From the NCBI GenBank assembly GCA_025964465.1, contig JAOPYS010000244.1:1-46896 (forward strand): 46,896 nt of DNA, given 5' to 3'. This document shows, in pieces, positions 20,027-27,672 of the stretch. Each line of letters starts with the position of its first letter. Positions within the stretch are counted from its first letter, which is position 1. Source of the stretch: Thermoleophilia bacterium. GTDB lineage: Bacteria; Actinomycetota; Thermoleophilia; Gaiellales; SKUG01. The notes under the pieces are model-generated. The model was given only the letters and a program-made list of their open reading frames with translations. It made no database searches and was not told where the DNA came from. Position numbers and translations under genes: made by a program.

Positions 20027-21862
20027 ATGCCCCCTGCGCTGCCACCCGTGCTGCTGCGTGCCCTCGGGGTCCTCGCGGCGTGCGCGGCTATCGGTGCAGC
20101 CTCGCCGGCCTCGGGCGCCACGTCGTCGACGGTGGTCACCGCCACGGTGCCCAGCGCGACGTCGCTCGACAGCGCGACCGGGTGCCCGGAGGGCATCGCC
20201 GGCCAGACGGCGCTCGGCGTGGTGCTGCCCGGCTCGCAGGTGATCTCGTCGATCCCCTGCACCGTGACGTGGGGCTCCTCCAACGATTCCTCCATGATCC
20301 GCGCGTTCCAGGGGGACGGGCGCGGCGCCGGCATGTACCGCATGACCGACGGCACGCGCGACACGACGTTCGACAGCGATGGATCGTTGGTGTCGTCGCT
20401 GATCGCGGGCAACGAGATCCAGCGCATGCACCACACCGTCGCCGTCCAGACCGACGGCAAGGTCGTCGTCGCCGTCAGCGATGCCGCCAACACGGGCTTC
20501 CGCATCGCCCGTTTCAACGAGAACGGCACGATCGACAGCGCCTACGGTGGCGGTGGCACGGGCCGGCGCACCACGACCGTCCCCGGCAGCGCCGCCGCGC
20601 AGGCGTATGCGGTCGCGCTGCAGCCGGACGGCAAGCTCGTGGTGGCCGGGTGGGCGACCGGCAAGGACTTCGTCGTCGTGCGCTACGACGTCAACGGCAT
20701 CGAGGACGCCAGCTTCGGCACGGGCGGCATCGCCAGCGTGAATCCCGGCACGGGCTCGGGAGGGGCGTACGACGTGGCGATCCAGCCCGACGGCAAGATC
20801 GTGCTCGTCGGCCGCGCCGACCTCTCCGGGACGATGGAGGTCGCCGCGGCGCGCCTCGCAGCCGACGGCACCCTCGACACCACGTTCAACGGGGGCCTCG
20901 GGCACATCCGCCTCTCCGTCTCGGCCTTCTCCGACGCAGGGCTCGCGGTGGAGCTGGCGCCGGACGGCAAGATCGTCATCGCCGGTGAGACCGACTTCGT
21001 CGGCACTCCCGCCAACCGGTTCTTCCTGCTGATCCGCCTCCGTGCCGACGGCACGCTCGACTCGCCGGGGTTCAACGGGAGCGGGTACCGCACCCTCGAC
21101 TTTCCCGCGCAGAACAACGAGCGGGCATACGACGTGGTCGTGAACCCCGACCTGTCGATCGTCGTCGCAGGCACGTCCGGCCTCAACAACTTCGCGGTCG
21201 CCAAGGTCAACGCGGCCGGCGCCGTCGACACCACGTTCGGCACCTCCGGGTACGTCGGGTTCCAGTTCGCGGCGAGCTCCCAGGGCATCGCCACCGGCAT
21301 CCTGCGCCAGCCGGACGGCCGGTACCTCGTCGGCGGCGACGCGCAGCGCGGCGCGGCGGACTACGACGCGGCCTTCGCGCGCCTCATGCCGGACGGCAGC
21401 TTCGACACCACCCTCAACGGGACGGGGAAGCTGATGGTCGACATCCCGGTCACCAGCGACGAGACCGCCGGCGGCCTCGGCTTCGCGCCCGACGGCTCGG
21501 TCGTGCAGGTCGGCGAGAAGGTCGTCGGCGCCAACGCGGACACCTACGTCATGCGTCTCGTCGGCACGACGATGCCGGACTACGGTGGGGCCAACACCTG
21601 GCTGTCCACCAACGGGTTCTTCGCGGTGTGCGTGGGCTCGGTCGGCGGCGGCAGCACGGCGGACGTGGCCACCGGCACCTGTTCCGCGGCGGACGGTGCG
21701 CACTGGCGCGCTGCGCCGACCGCCGCGTTGAAGCTCGCGCACACCCTGGCCCCCGGCTCGTCGAGCGTCTCGCTCCAGTTCGGGCTCCGGGTGCCAGCGG
21801 CCCAGCCCCCGGGCTCCTACGTCGCGCCGATCACGTTCGAGGTGATCGCCCCGGCGAGCTGA
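20027..21862 (+). CDS. secreted delta-60-repeat (beta-propeller-like) protein
   Basis: Signal peptide from ATG 20027. Repeated '..QPDGK(I/L/V)V(V/L)AG....(V/A)(V/A)RY..DG(S/T)(L/I)D(T/S)(T/S)FG' units occur at least 7 times. Confidence 0.7.
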   Translation: MPPALPPVLLRALGVLAACAAIGAASPASGATSSTVVTATVPSATSLDSATGCPEGIAGQTALGVVLPGSQVISSIPCTVTWGSSNDSSMIRAFQGDGRGAGMYRMTDGTRDTTFDSDGSLVSSLIAGNEIQRMHHTVAVQTDGKVVVAVSDAANTGFRIARFNENGTIDSAYGGGGTGRRTTTVPGSAAAQAYAVALQPDGKLVVAGWATGKDFVVVRYDVNGIEDASFGTGGIASVNPGTGSGGAYDVAIQPDGKIVLVGRADLSGTMEVAAARLAADGTLDTTFNGGLGHIRLSVSAFSDAGLAVELAPDGKIVIAGETDFVGTPANRFFLLIRLRADGTLDSPGFNGSGYRTLDFPAQNNERAYDVVVNPDLSIVVAGTSGLNNFAVAKVNAAGAVDTTFGTSGYVGFQFAASSQGIATGILRQPDGRYLVGGDAQRGAADYDAAFARLMPDGSFDTTLNGTGKLMVDIPVTSDETAGGLGFAPDGSVVQVGEKVVGANADTYVMRLVGTTMPDYGGANTWLSTNGFFAVCVGSVGGGSTADVATGTCSAADGAHWRAAPTAALKLAHTLAPGSSSVSLQFGLRVPAAQPPGSYVAPITFEVIAPAS

Positions 21863-21874
21863 CCGCTCGGCGCG

Positions 21875-22516
21875 TCAGGTCCGCAGCAGCTCGCGCAGGC
21901 CGACGACCACCTCGGCAGCACGCGCGGCGCCGCGGGACGCGTGGTGCTGCGCGGTGCGCGTGTCGCCCGAATCGAGTGCGGACTGGATCGAGACGAGGTC
22001 GTCGATCAGCCCCTCGTTGACGGACCGCAGCTGCGCCTCGACGCGCGCTCGGCGCTCGAGCTGTTCCTGCGCCATGGTCAGGCGCGCGGCGTTGGCGTGC
22101 TGCGCCGTCCGGTCGTGCGAGACGGACAGGACCTGGTCGCCGCCGAGCGGGATGGCGACCACCTCGAGCACGACGTCGTACTTGACCCCGTCGTACTCGC
22201 CCGTGAGCCGAACATCGTCCTGGCTGTAGGGCTGCTGCTGCTCGACCACCTCGACGAAGCGCTCGAACAGCCCCGATTCGGCGAACGACGGGATCACCTC
22301 GAACAACGGGTCGCCGTAGTGGCGGGTGCGATCGTCGGTGCCCGCCCCCGCCGCGCGGTTGGAGTACTCGATGCAGAAGTCGACGATCTCCCCGTCGCGG
22401 CGCATCGCCGACACGATCGACGCCGACACCGGCACGTGCTCGAACGCGAGCACCGCGGCGGGCACCCCGTCGATGTCGGGCAGCTTGCGGAGGGCGGCGA
22501 TCGCGTCGTCATGCAT
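21875..22516 (-). CDS. PAS-like sensor domain protein with C-terminal helical region, no output domain
   Basis: 'IVDFCIEYSNRAAGA..PLFEVIP..FERFVEVVEQQQPY..VLEVVAIPLGG..LSVSHDRT' looks like a PAS fold, followed by a predicted coiled coil. Confidence 0.45.
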   Translation of the reverse strand: MHDDAIAALRKLPDIDGVPAAVLAFEHVPVSASIVSAMRRDGEIVDFCIEYSNRAAGAGTDDRTRHYGDPLFEVIPSFAESGLFERFVEVVEQQQPYSQDDVRLTGEYDGVKYDVVLEVVAIPLGGDQVLSVSHDRTAQHANAARLTMAQEQLERRARVEAQLRSVNEGLIDDLVSIQSALDSGDTRTAQHHASRGAARAAEVVVGLRELLRT

Positions 22517-22573
22517 GCGGGCAAGCCTATCGGCCGATCCGGGAGGCCGCTCCGGGGTGAGCGTGGCGCCGCC

Positions 22574-22840
22574 TCAGCCAGCGATGCGCGCTCCGCTGTC
22601 GTCCAGGACGTCTCGCACGTCGGACGTGCGGAAGAACCCGACCGGCGCACCCTCGACCTGCGGGCTGATGTTCGTCGTGACATGCGCGAACTCATCGCCC
22701 ATGTCGTATCCCCACGCGATGTTCCAGACCGTGTGCCGCGTGCCGTCGGCGGTGACGACGATCGTCCGCTGCCCGTCTCGCTTCCGAAGGGCGTCGATGA
22801 GGTCACCGTCGAGGGGCACGGGTTGATCAGCAGTCATCAC
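22574..22840 (-). CDS. hypothetical small protein
   Basis: 88-aa GC3-rich ORF. No motif recognised. Confidence 0.4.
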   Translation of the reverse strand: MMTADQPVPLDGDLIDALRKRDGQRTIVVTADGTRHTVWNIAWGYDMGDEFAHVTTNISPQVEGAPVGFFRTSDVRDVLDDSGARIAG

Positions 22841-22996
22841 CCGGATATCCCCGGCACTTCCCTGCTCGACACGCTGGACCAGGACTGCTCAGAGGGGGGG
22901 GAGGACCTCACGCCCGCGCTCCATGCAGGCGGAGCGAGGAGCGGCGCACGCTTCAGCGCGAAGCGCGGACCGACACGCGGCGCCGCGGGCGCGAAG

Positions 22997-23045
22997 TGGA
23001 GCTGGACGGGATCGAACCGACGACCTCATGCTTGCAAAGGATGCG
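22997..23045 (-). tRNA. 3' fragment of a tRNA-Ala(UGC)-like gene (anticodon loop to discriminator); probable prophage att core
   Basis: Minus strand reads CATCC-TTTGCAA-GCATG-AGGTC-GTCGG-TTCGATC-CCGTC-CAGCTCC-A. This is anticodon loop (TGC), variable loop, T-arm and acceptor 3' strand. The sequence 5' of it has no D-arm and cannot pair with the acceptor strand. Confidence 0.65.
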
Positions 23046-23120
23046 TTGGACGGCTGCATGCGGGTTTCCTTCGTTCGGGCGTGACGATGGAATGCGGGAT
23101 TGCGGTGGTTGCCGGGGCTG

Positions 23121-23141
23121 AGCGTGGGCAAAGCGTGGGCA
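23121..23141. repeat. tandem 10/11-bp repeats in the att-int spacer (candidate arm-type integrase sites)
   Basis: AGCGTGGGCA at 23121-23130 and 23132-23141. ATGCGGG also occurs twice (about 23058 and 23092). Confidence 0.5.
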
Positions 23142-23163
23142 GTCGACGCTCGGTCCGGGGCGT

Positions 23164-24216
23164 TCACCCGATCCGTTCCATGACTGCGTGCGCGTCCTCG
23201 TCGAAGAGGTACGCGTAGTGCTTCGCGGTCGTCGCGATCGACGAGTGCCCCATCCACCGGCTGCACTGCAACAGCGACGCGCCGGCTGACGCGCACGCCG
23301 CCGCGTAGTAGTGCCGCCACGCGCCCCAGTCGAGATTGGGAACGCCGGCTTCGATGCGCCAGGGGTACCAGATGTCGATGCGGAAGCGCGACGGGTTGAG
23401 GAACACGCCGTGGGGAGTGGCGAACACGGGGTCCGTGGAGCGGTGGTGACGCGTCGCGCGTTGCAGCTCGTCGAGCACGCTGCGCGCGGCGCTGGCGATC
23501 GGCACGGTGCGGTTGGAGTTGCGCGTCTTCGTGGCGCCGATCCGCCCGTTCATCTTGAGCGACTGCTCGACGCGGATCGTCTCGTCGTGCACGTGCCGCC
23601 ACTCGAGCGCGAGCTGCTCGCCCGGGCGCAGGCCGACGGTCGCGGCCACGACGAGCCGGGCGCGCGCGGTGAGCGTCGGCGCCGTGATGCCGACGGCGGC
23701 TGCGTGCTCGCGGGTCGGCACGACGATGCTCGTCGCGGGCTCCGTGAGGCGCGGCACGGCGCGCACCGGGTTCGCTTCCACGGTGCCCCACTCGAGTGCG
23801 CGCTGGTACACGCTCGACAGGATCTTGAGGCAGTCGTTCACGAGCCGCGGCGTGAGGTACGCCGCCAGGTCGTCGCGCCACGCGATCAGCGAGGGGGTGC
23901 TGAGGGTGCTGGCGTCGGTCTCGCCGATGCTCTCGAAGATGCGGCGCGCGGGGGTCTGGTAGTTGGTGCGGGTCGACGCGTCGAGCGTGAGGACGTAGTC
24001 GTCCCACCAGCGCAGGGTCAACTCGCGGACCGAGACCGCTGCGCGTACTCCGGGAAGACCGCTGCGGAGCCGTGCCTCGATCTCGAAGCGGCGACGCTCC
24101 GCCTCCGCTTCCGTGGCGTGGCCTCGCTCTTCGCGTTGGCGGCCGTGCTCGCGCCATCGGACGCTCCACTTGCCGGGGGTTCGCTCGGTGATGGTGACGC
24201 TTGGGACTCGGGGCAT
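23164..24216 (-). CDS. int: tyrosine recombinase / phage integrase
   Basis: ATG 24216 lies inside listed ORF 23164..24879. Arm-binding-like N-terminus 'GKWSVRWREHGRQRE'. Catalytic region 'GLRPGEQLAL', 'WRHYYAAA' and 'MGHSSIATTAKHYAYL' (R..HxxR..H..Y). Confidence 0.9.
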   Translation of the reverse strand: MPRVPSVTITERTPGKWSVRWREHGRQREERGHATEAEAERRRFEIEARLRSGLPGVRAAVSVRELTLRWWDDYVLTLDASTRTNYQTPARRIFESIGETDASTLSTPSLIAWRDDLAAYLTPRLVNDCLKILSSVYQRALEWGTVEANPVRAVPRLTEPATSIVVPTREHAAAVGITAPTLTARARLVVAATVGLRPGEQLALEWRHVHDETIRVEQSLKMNGRIGATKTRNSNRTVPIASAARSVLDELQRATRHHRSTDPVFATPHGVFLNPSRFRIDIWYPWRIEAGVPNLDWGAWRHYYAAACASAGASLLQCSRWMGHSSIATTAKHYAYLFDEDAHAVMERIG

Positions 24217-24416
24217 GGGGGCTCGGGCGTTGGCGTGGGCGGGGCGGGGGCGGCGCCGGGGGGCGTGACGCCACGGTCGGTGAACGTGCTCGGCGGGAAG
24301 CGCCAGCTGTTGCCGACCTGGAACCCGCCGAGGTCGGGGGCGTGGTTGCGGACGGTGCCCTCGCTGACGGCGAAGGCGTGCGCGACTTCCTGCACGGTGT
24401 ACGCACGGGCCGTCAC
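24018..24416 (-). CDS. xis: excisionase-family HTH protein with Pro-rich tail overlapping int
   Basis: GTG 24416 overlaps the upstream stop (GTGA). 'YTVQEVAHAFAVSEGTVRNHAPDLGGFQVGNSWRFPPSTF' matches the excisionase/MerR-type HTH. The frame only closes at 24018, 199 nt inside int. Confidence 0.6.
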   Translation of the reverse strand: MTARAYTVQEVAHAFAVSEGTVRNHAPDLGGFQVGNSWRFPPSTFTDRGVTPPGAAPAPPTPTPEPPCPESQASPSPSEPPASGASDGASTAANAKSEATPRKRRRSVAASRSRHGSAAVFPEYAQRSRSAS

Positions 24417-25177
24417 GACGCCCGCTCCAGCCGCGCCGGGGGTGACGCCACGAGCTGGGCGAGGAGCGCTGCGGTGCGGGGGGTGAGCTGCTGGTCGTCC
24501 CCGTGGTAGCGCACGAGGTTTCCGAGCGTGGTGCGGTTGATACCGCAGGCCTGCTCGGCGGCCTTGTACGCGCCGTGGCCGTACTCCTGCGCCCACTCGG
24601 TGACGGCGGCGCGGTACGTACCCCACCGAGGCCGCTTTGCGCGCATCGCGAGACGTCGCGCGTCCTGCGCGGCGCGCGCACGATCGGCGTCGTGGAAGGG
24701 GCAGCGATCGCTGGCGGGCGAGGCCCACTTCTGGCACGGCGATCCGTCGACGTTGCTCCCCGCGCACCGGCGGGATCCGAGCTTCTCGCGGAAGTGCTGC
24801 CGGCGCCGCTCGGGGTCCGCGAGCGCTCCTGACGTGGTGCGCACGAAAGCGCCGTGCTTCTTCGGGGCGTGCTGGTCACGCGTCGTCAGCTTGCGTGCGT
24901 GGAAGGCTCGGTAGATCGCACGCTGGCAGGTCGCGGCAGTAGGGAACCCCGCGGATTTCCAGACCTCCTCGGCGATCGATGGGACGGAGCGCCCCGACTT
25001 GTACGCCGCCCAGATCCGGTCGACGTGATCGTCGTTGAGGCGGAGCGTGCCGAACGACTGGCGCGTGGCGGTGCGGTTTCTTACGCGCCCCCCGCACCAG
25101 GCGCACGCGCCGGCGTGGTCGGTGCTGACGTAGTCGTCGCAGGCGGCGCAGAAGGTGCGCCATGAGCGGGCAGTCAT
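24413..25177 (-). CDS. phage Zn-ribbon / HTH protein, unknown function
   Basis: ATG 25177 (GAGGA SD upstream; ATGA overlap with the rusA stop). Has an N-terminal CAAC..CAWC pair, a central 'CAGS..C..C.FH' cluster and a C-terminal HTH-like 'GINRTTLGNLVRY'. Confidence 0.6.
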   Translation of the reverse strand: MTARSWRTFCAACDDYVSTDHAGACAWCGGRVRNRTATRQSFGTLRLNDDHVDRIWAAYKSGRSVPSIAEEVWKSAGFPTAATCQRAIYRAFHARKLTTRDQHAPKKHGAFVRTTSGALADPERRRQHFREKLGSRRCAGSNVDGSPCQKWASPASDRCPFHDADRARAAQDARRLAMRAKRPRWGTYRAAVTEWAQEYGHGAYKAAEQACGINRTTLGNLVRYHGDDQQLTPRTAALLAQLVASPPARLERAS

Positions 25178-25668
25178 GCGGTCCTCGTGGCTGGTCGGAG
25201 TTGGATGCGGCAGCCTTCGGCGCCAGCGGGCCCATCGGCCCACAGCTTCCGGGCGTGCAGCTGGACGATGATCGCGTCGTCGGTGATGACGTTCGCGTCG
25301 GTGAGCGCGTCGAGCGCGGCGCGGCACAGCTTGTCGATGTCGCCCTGCCCCCGATTCATGGGCGCGCTGGGCGAGCTCGGCTTGAGGATCGCGGCGTTGC
25401 GCCCGCTGCCGTAGTGCGCGGCGGGGCGACGGAAGACGAAGTCGATCATCGCCTCGACGGGTGTCGTGAGTGGACCGGCGCCGCGCGCGTCCGCAGCAGC
25501 CGACGAGACGGCGGCGCGCCACGGCTTGAGGATCTTGTCGTTGGCGCTGCGCACGCCGAGACGGGGGCCCTTGCGGATGGGCGTCATGCTGCCCTGGGGG
25601 GCGGGGCGTCCGGGGATCCATACGTCGAAGGCGGCGCGACGGCGCGCGGAAGTGTGCGGGTTGATCAC
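25174..25668 (-). CDS. rusA: RusA-family Holliday junction resolvase
   Basis: 'FDVWIPGRPAPQGS', '..KPW..AV..' and 'GDIDKLCRAALDALTDANVITDDAIIVQLHARK' are classic RusA motifs. GTGA overlap with the upstream stop. Confidence 0.85.
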   Translation of the reverse strand: MINPHTSARRRAAFDVWIPGRPAPQGSMTPIRKGPRLGVRSANDKILKPWRAAVSSAAADARGAGPLTTPVEAMIDFVFRRPAAHYGSGRNAAILKPSSPSAPMNRGQGDIDKLCRAALDALTDANVITDDAIIVQLHARKLWADGPAGAEGCRIQLRPATRTA

Positions 25669-26816
25669 GATGCCTCCGGGGTGAGCAGGGATTGCTGGGC
25701 GAGGCGTTCGGCGGCGATCCGCAGGTAGTCGGCATTCAGGTCGATGCCGATGGCGCGACGGCCGTGCAGGCGGGCAACGGCGGCGGTGGTGCCGCTGCCC
25801 ATGAAGGGGTCGAGCACGAGATCCGGAACCGGGGCGCCTGCGTCGCATGCGCACGTCGGCTCCCATCCTTCGGTCACGCGGTTCACGCGCCGACCGAACG
25901 TCGCCGAGTCCCGACCGTTCCGACCCTGCTCGGCGATCGAGACCGCTGGCACGAGCGGCGACCGCCGCGGCGCGCTCGAGGAATCCACCTCGCTTCGGGC
26001 GATGCGCCTCCATGGGGCCGAGCACTTCGGGCATTGGCCGCGGGCGCTCGTGCCGGCGAGGATGCACGGCGTGATCAGCTCGAGCGGAAACGTGGCGAAG
26101 TGCGCGCCGGGAAACCGGGACGTCGGAACAGTCCAGACGGTGCGCTTCGCGCGGCCCCTGGGGTTCGGGTCGTACGTCTCGCCCGTGAGGTCTCGGCGGC
26201 CGTCCTTCCAGCCGGGCTGGTGCTGCTGCCGACGTCCCCCCGTGGCGCTACCGGGACGGCCCACGCGCCCGATGCTGCCGGGAGCGAAGGGCTCGCGGAT
26301 GGCGTCGCCGTCGTAGAAATACCGCGGGGACTTCGCGAGCAGGAACAGGAACTCGTGGGACCGGCTCGGGCGATCGAGCACACTCTCGGGCATCGCGTCG
26401 GGCTTCTCCCACACGATGTCCGTGCGCAGGATCCACCCGTCGTCCTGGAGTGCCAGCGCGAGACGCCACGGCTGGCCGACCAGGTCCTTCGGCTTGAGGC
26501 CGCTCTCGGACGCGCAGCGCCGCGTGCGATTGATCGCCTGGCGCTTCTGGTTCGCGCCCGGACCGTTCAACCGTTTCGAGTCTGTGAAGCACACGTCCTC
26601 GCCGCGCTGCTTGCCGGCGTAGCTGTCGCCCATGTTCACCCAGATGGTGCCGTCGTCGGTGAGCACGCGACGCACGGCCCTGAACACGTCGACCATGCTG
26701 TCGATGAACTCGGTGAGCGTCGGCTCGAGCCCGATCTGGCCGTCAACGCCGTAGTCGCGCAGGCCCCAGTAGGGCGGACTCGTCACGCACGTCCGGGCGA
26801 TGCCGGTGGCGGTCAT
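25665..26816 (-). CDS. beta-class N4/N6 DNA methyltransferase (SPPY), orphan
   Basis: Motif IV 'TSPPYW' lies 12 aa from the start and motif I 'LDPFMGSGTTAAVA' near the C-terminus (order IV->I). ATG 26816 overlaps the upstream stop (ATGA). Confidence 0.85.
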   Translation of the reverse strand: MTATGIARTCVTSPPYWGLRDYGVDGQIGLEPTLTEFIDSMVDVFRAVRRVLTDDGTIWVNMGDSYAGKQRGEDVCFTDSKRLNGPGANQKRQAINRTRRCASESGLKPKDLVGQPWRLALALQDDGWILRTDIVWEKPDAMPESVLDRPSRSHEFLFLLAKSPRYFYDGDAIREPFAPGSIGRVGRPGSATGGRRQQHQPGWKDGRRDLTGETYDPNPRGRAKRTVWTVPTSRFPGAHFATFPLELITPCILAGTSARGQCPKCSAPWRRIARSEVDSSSAPRRSPLVPAVSIAEQGRNGRDSATFGRRVNRVTEGWEPTCACDAGAPVPDLVLDPFMGSGTTAAVARLHGRRAIGIDLNADYLRIAAERLAQQSLLTPEAS

Positions 26817-27193
26817 GCCGCCGCCCGACCGTGATCCATGAGCCACAGCGCATGGTTGAAGGCGTCGCGACCAGCCGGCGTCATCGTGTAGACCGACAGG
26901 CGATTCGTCAGCACCTCGTCGGTGAGCGGAACCTCGGTCAGCTCGACCATCGCCGACGTGATGATGCCGGCGTGCACGAACTTCCAGAAACGCCGACCGA
27001 TGATGTCCTCGTGCACGCCCTCGCGTGCGGCGAGCGAGCGGAGCGAGGCTGATCCGCCCATGATCTCGAGCGAGTCGAGCGCGTCGAACTCGGCGGTGGT
27101 GAGCCGCCCGATTCGCTGACGGCCCCCCTTCCAGTCGTCGTCGCGCTTCGTGATGTGGACGATGGGGTGTCGTGTGATGCGGGGCGTTTTCAT
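26813..27193 (-). CDS. winged-helix (MarR/PadR-like) phage protein
   Basis: 'SLRSLAAREGVHEDIIGRRFWKFVHAGIITS..YTMTPAGRDAF'. ATGA overlap at 27190-27193. Confidence 0.5.
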   Translation of the reverse strand: MKTPRITRHPIVHITKRDDDWKGGRQRIGRLTTAEFDALDSLEIMGGSASLRSLAAREGVHEDIIGRRFWKFVHAGIITSAMVELTEVPLTDEVLTNRLSVYTMTPAGRDAFNHALWLMDHGRAAA

Positions 27194-27672
27194 GCGGTCC
27201 TCCCAACCGATGATGGGCGGCACGTCGCTGAGTGCTCGACGTGCCCGAACTGCCGATCCCGGTCATACGTAGCGACCACGATCGGAACGTCTCCCGCGCC
27301 CAGGGCTGGGGCGAGGCGGATGCGGCCGGAGCCGGTGTAGCCCGCGTCGACGACGATGCGCCGAGCGCGGTGGCCCTGCAGCTGCGCGACCACGACGGGC
27401 ATGTCGCACGTCTCGCAGTACTCGACGGGGTAGTCGAGCCGGCGGTGCGGGACCTGCGCGGTGGGCTGCGCGATGGGCGCGAGCTCGTACCGCGGGGTGT
27501 GGAGGATGCGAACCAGCTGCACCCATCGGCCACCCTCGGGCGACACGTAGACGGGTTGGTACAGCCCGCAGAACTCCACGCGCTTCCAGCCGCGGTCCTC
27601 GAGCGCGCGCATCGCGGCGGTGCGCGCGGCGGTCATCTCGGCGCCGGTGTACGGCGGCTCGAGGCGCTTCAC
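27190..27672 (-). CDS. hypothetical phage protein (CxxC..H..H..C)
   Basis: GC3-rich ORF. GTG 27672 overlaps the upstream stop (GTGA). An ATG at 27636 is an alternative start. Confidence 0.5.
   Translation of the reverse strand: MKRLEPPYTGAEMTAARTAAMRALEDRGWKRVEFCGLYQPVYVSPEGGRWVQLVRILHTPRYELAPIAQPTAQVPHRRLDYPVEYCETCDMPVVVAQLQGHRARRIVVDAGYTGSGRIRLAPALGAGDVPIVVATYDRDRQFGHVEHSATCRPSSVGRTA

Noticed and set aside
22894-22901. G8 homopolymer as a phase-variation tract
   Set aside because: It is intergenic, with no ORF or obvious promoter spacing depending on it. Most likely incidental.
22997-23069. A complete tRNA (or tmRNA 3' end) at the prophage junction
   Set aside because: The 73 nt ending at the discriminator would start GGAAACC, which cannot pair with the acceptor 3' strand CAGCTCC. 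No D-arm is present. The CAGCTCC-A acceptor also recalls tmRNA, but the TTTGCAA anticodon loop and AGGTC variable loop favour a tRNA-Ala fragment, and int occupies the space a tmRNA body would need.
24413-25735. The listed 440-aa ORF, and similarly 25665..27533, 23164..24879 and 37239..38993, as full-length genes
   Set aside because: Their N-terminal extensions are Arg/Pro-rich junk overlapping upstream genes. Internal ATG/GTG starts that overlap the upstream stop codon give products beginning at recognisable domains.
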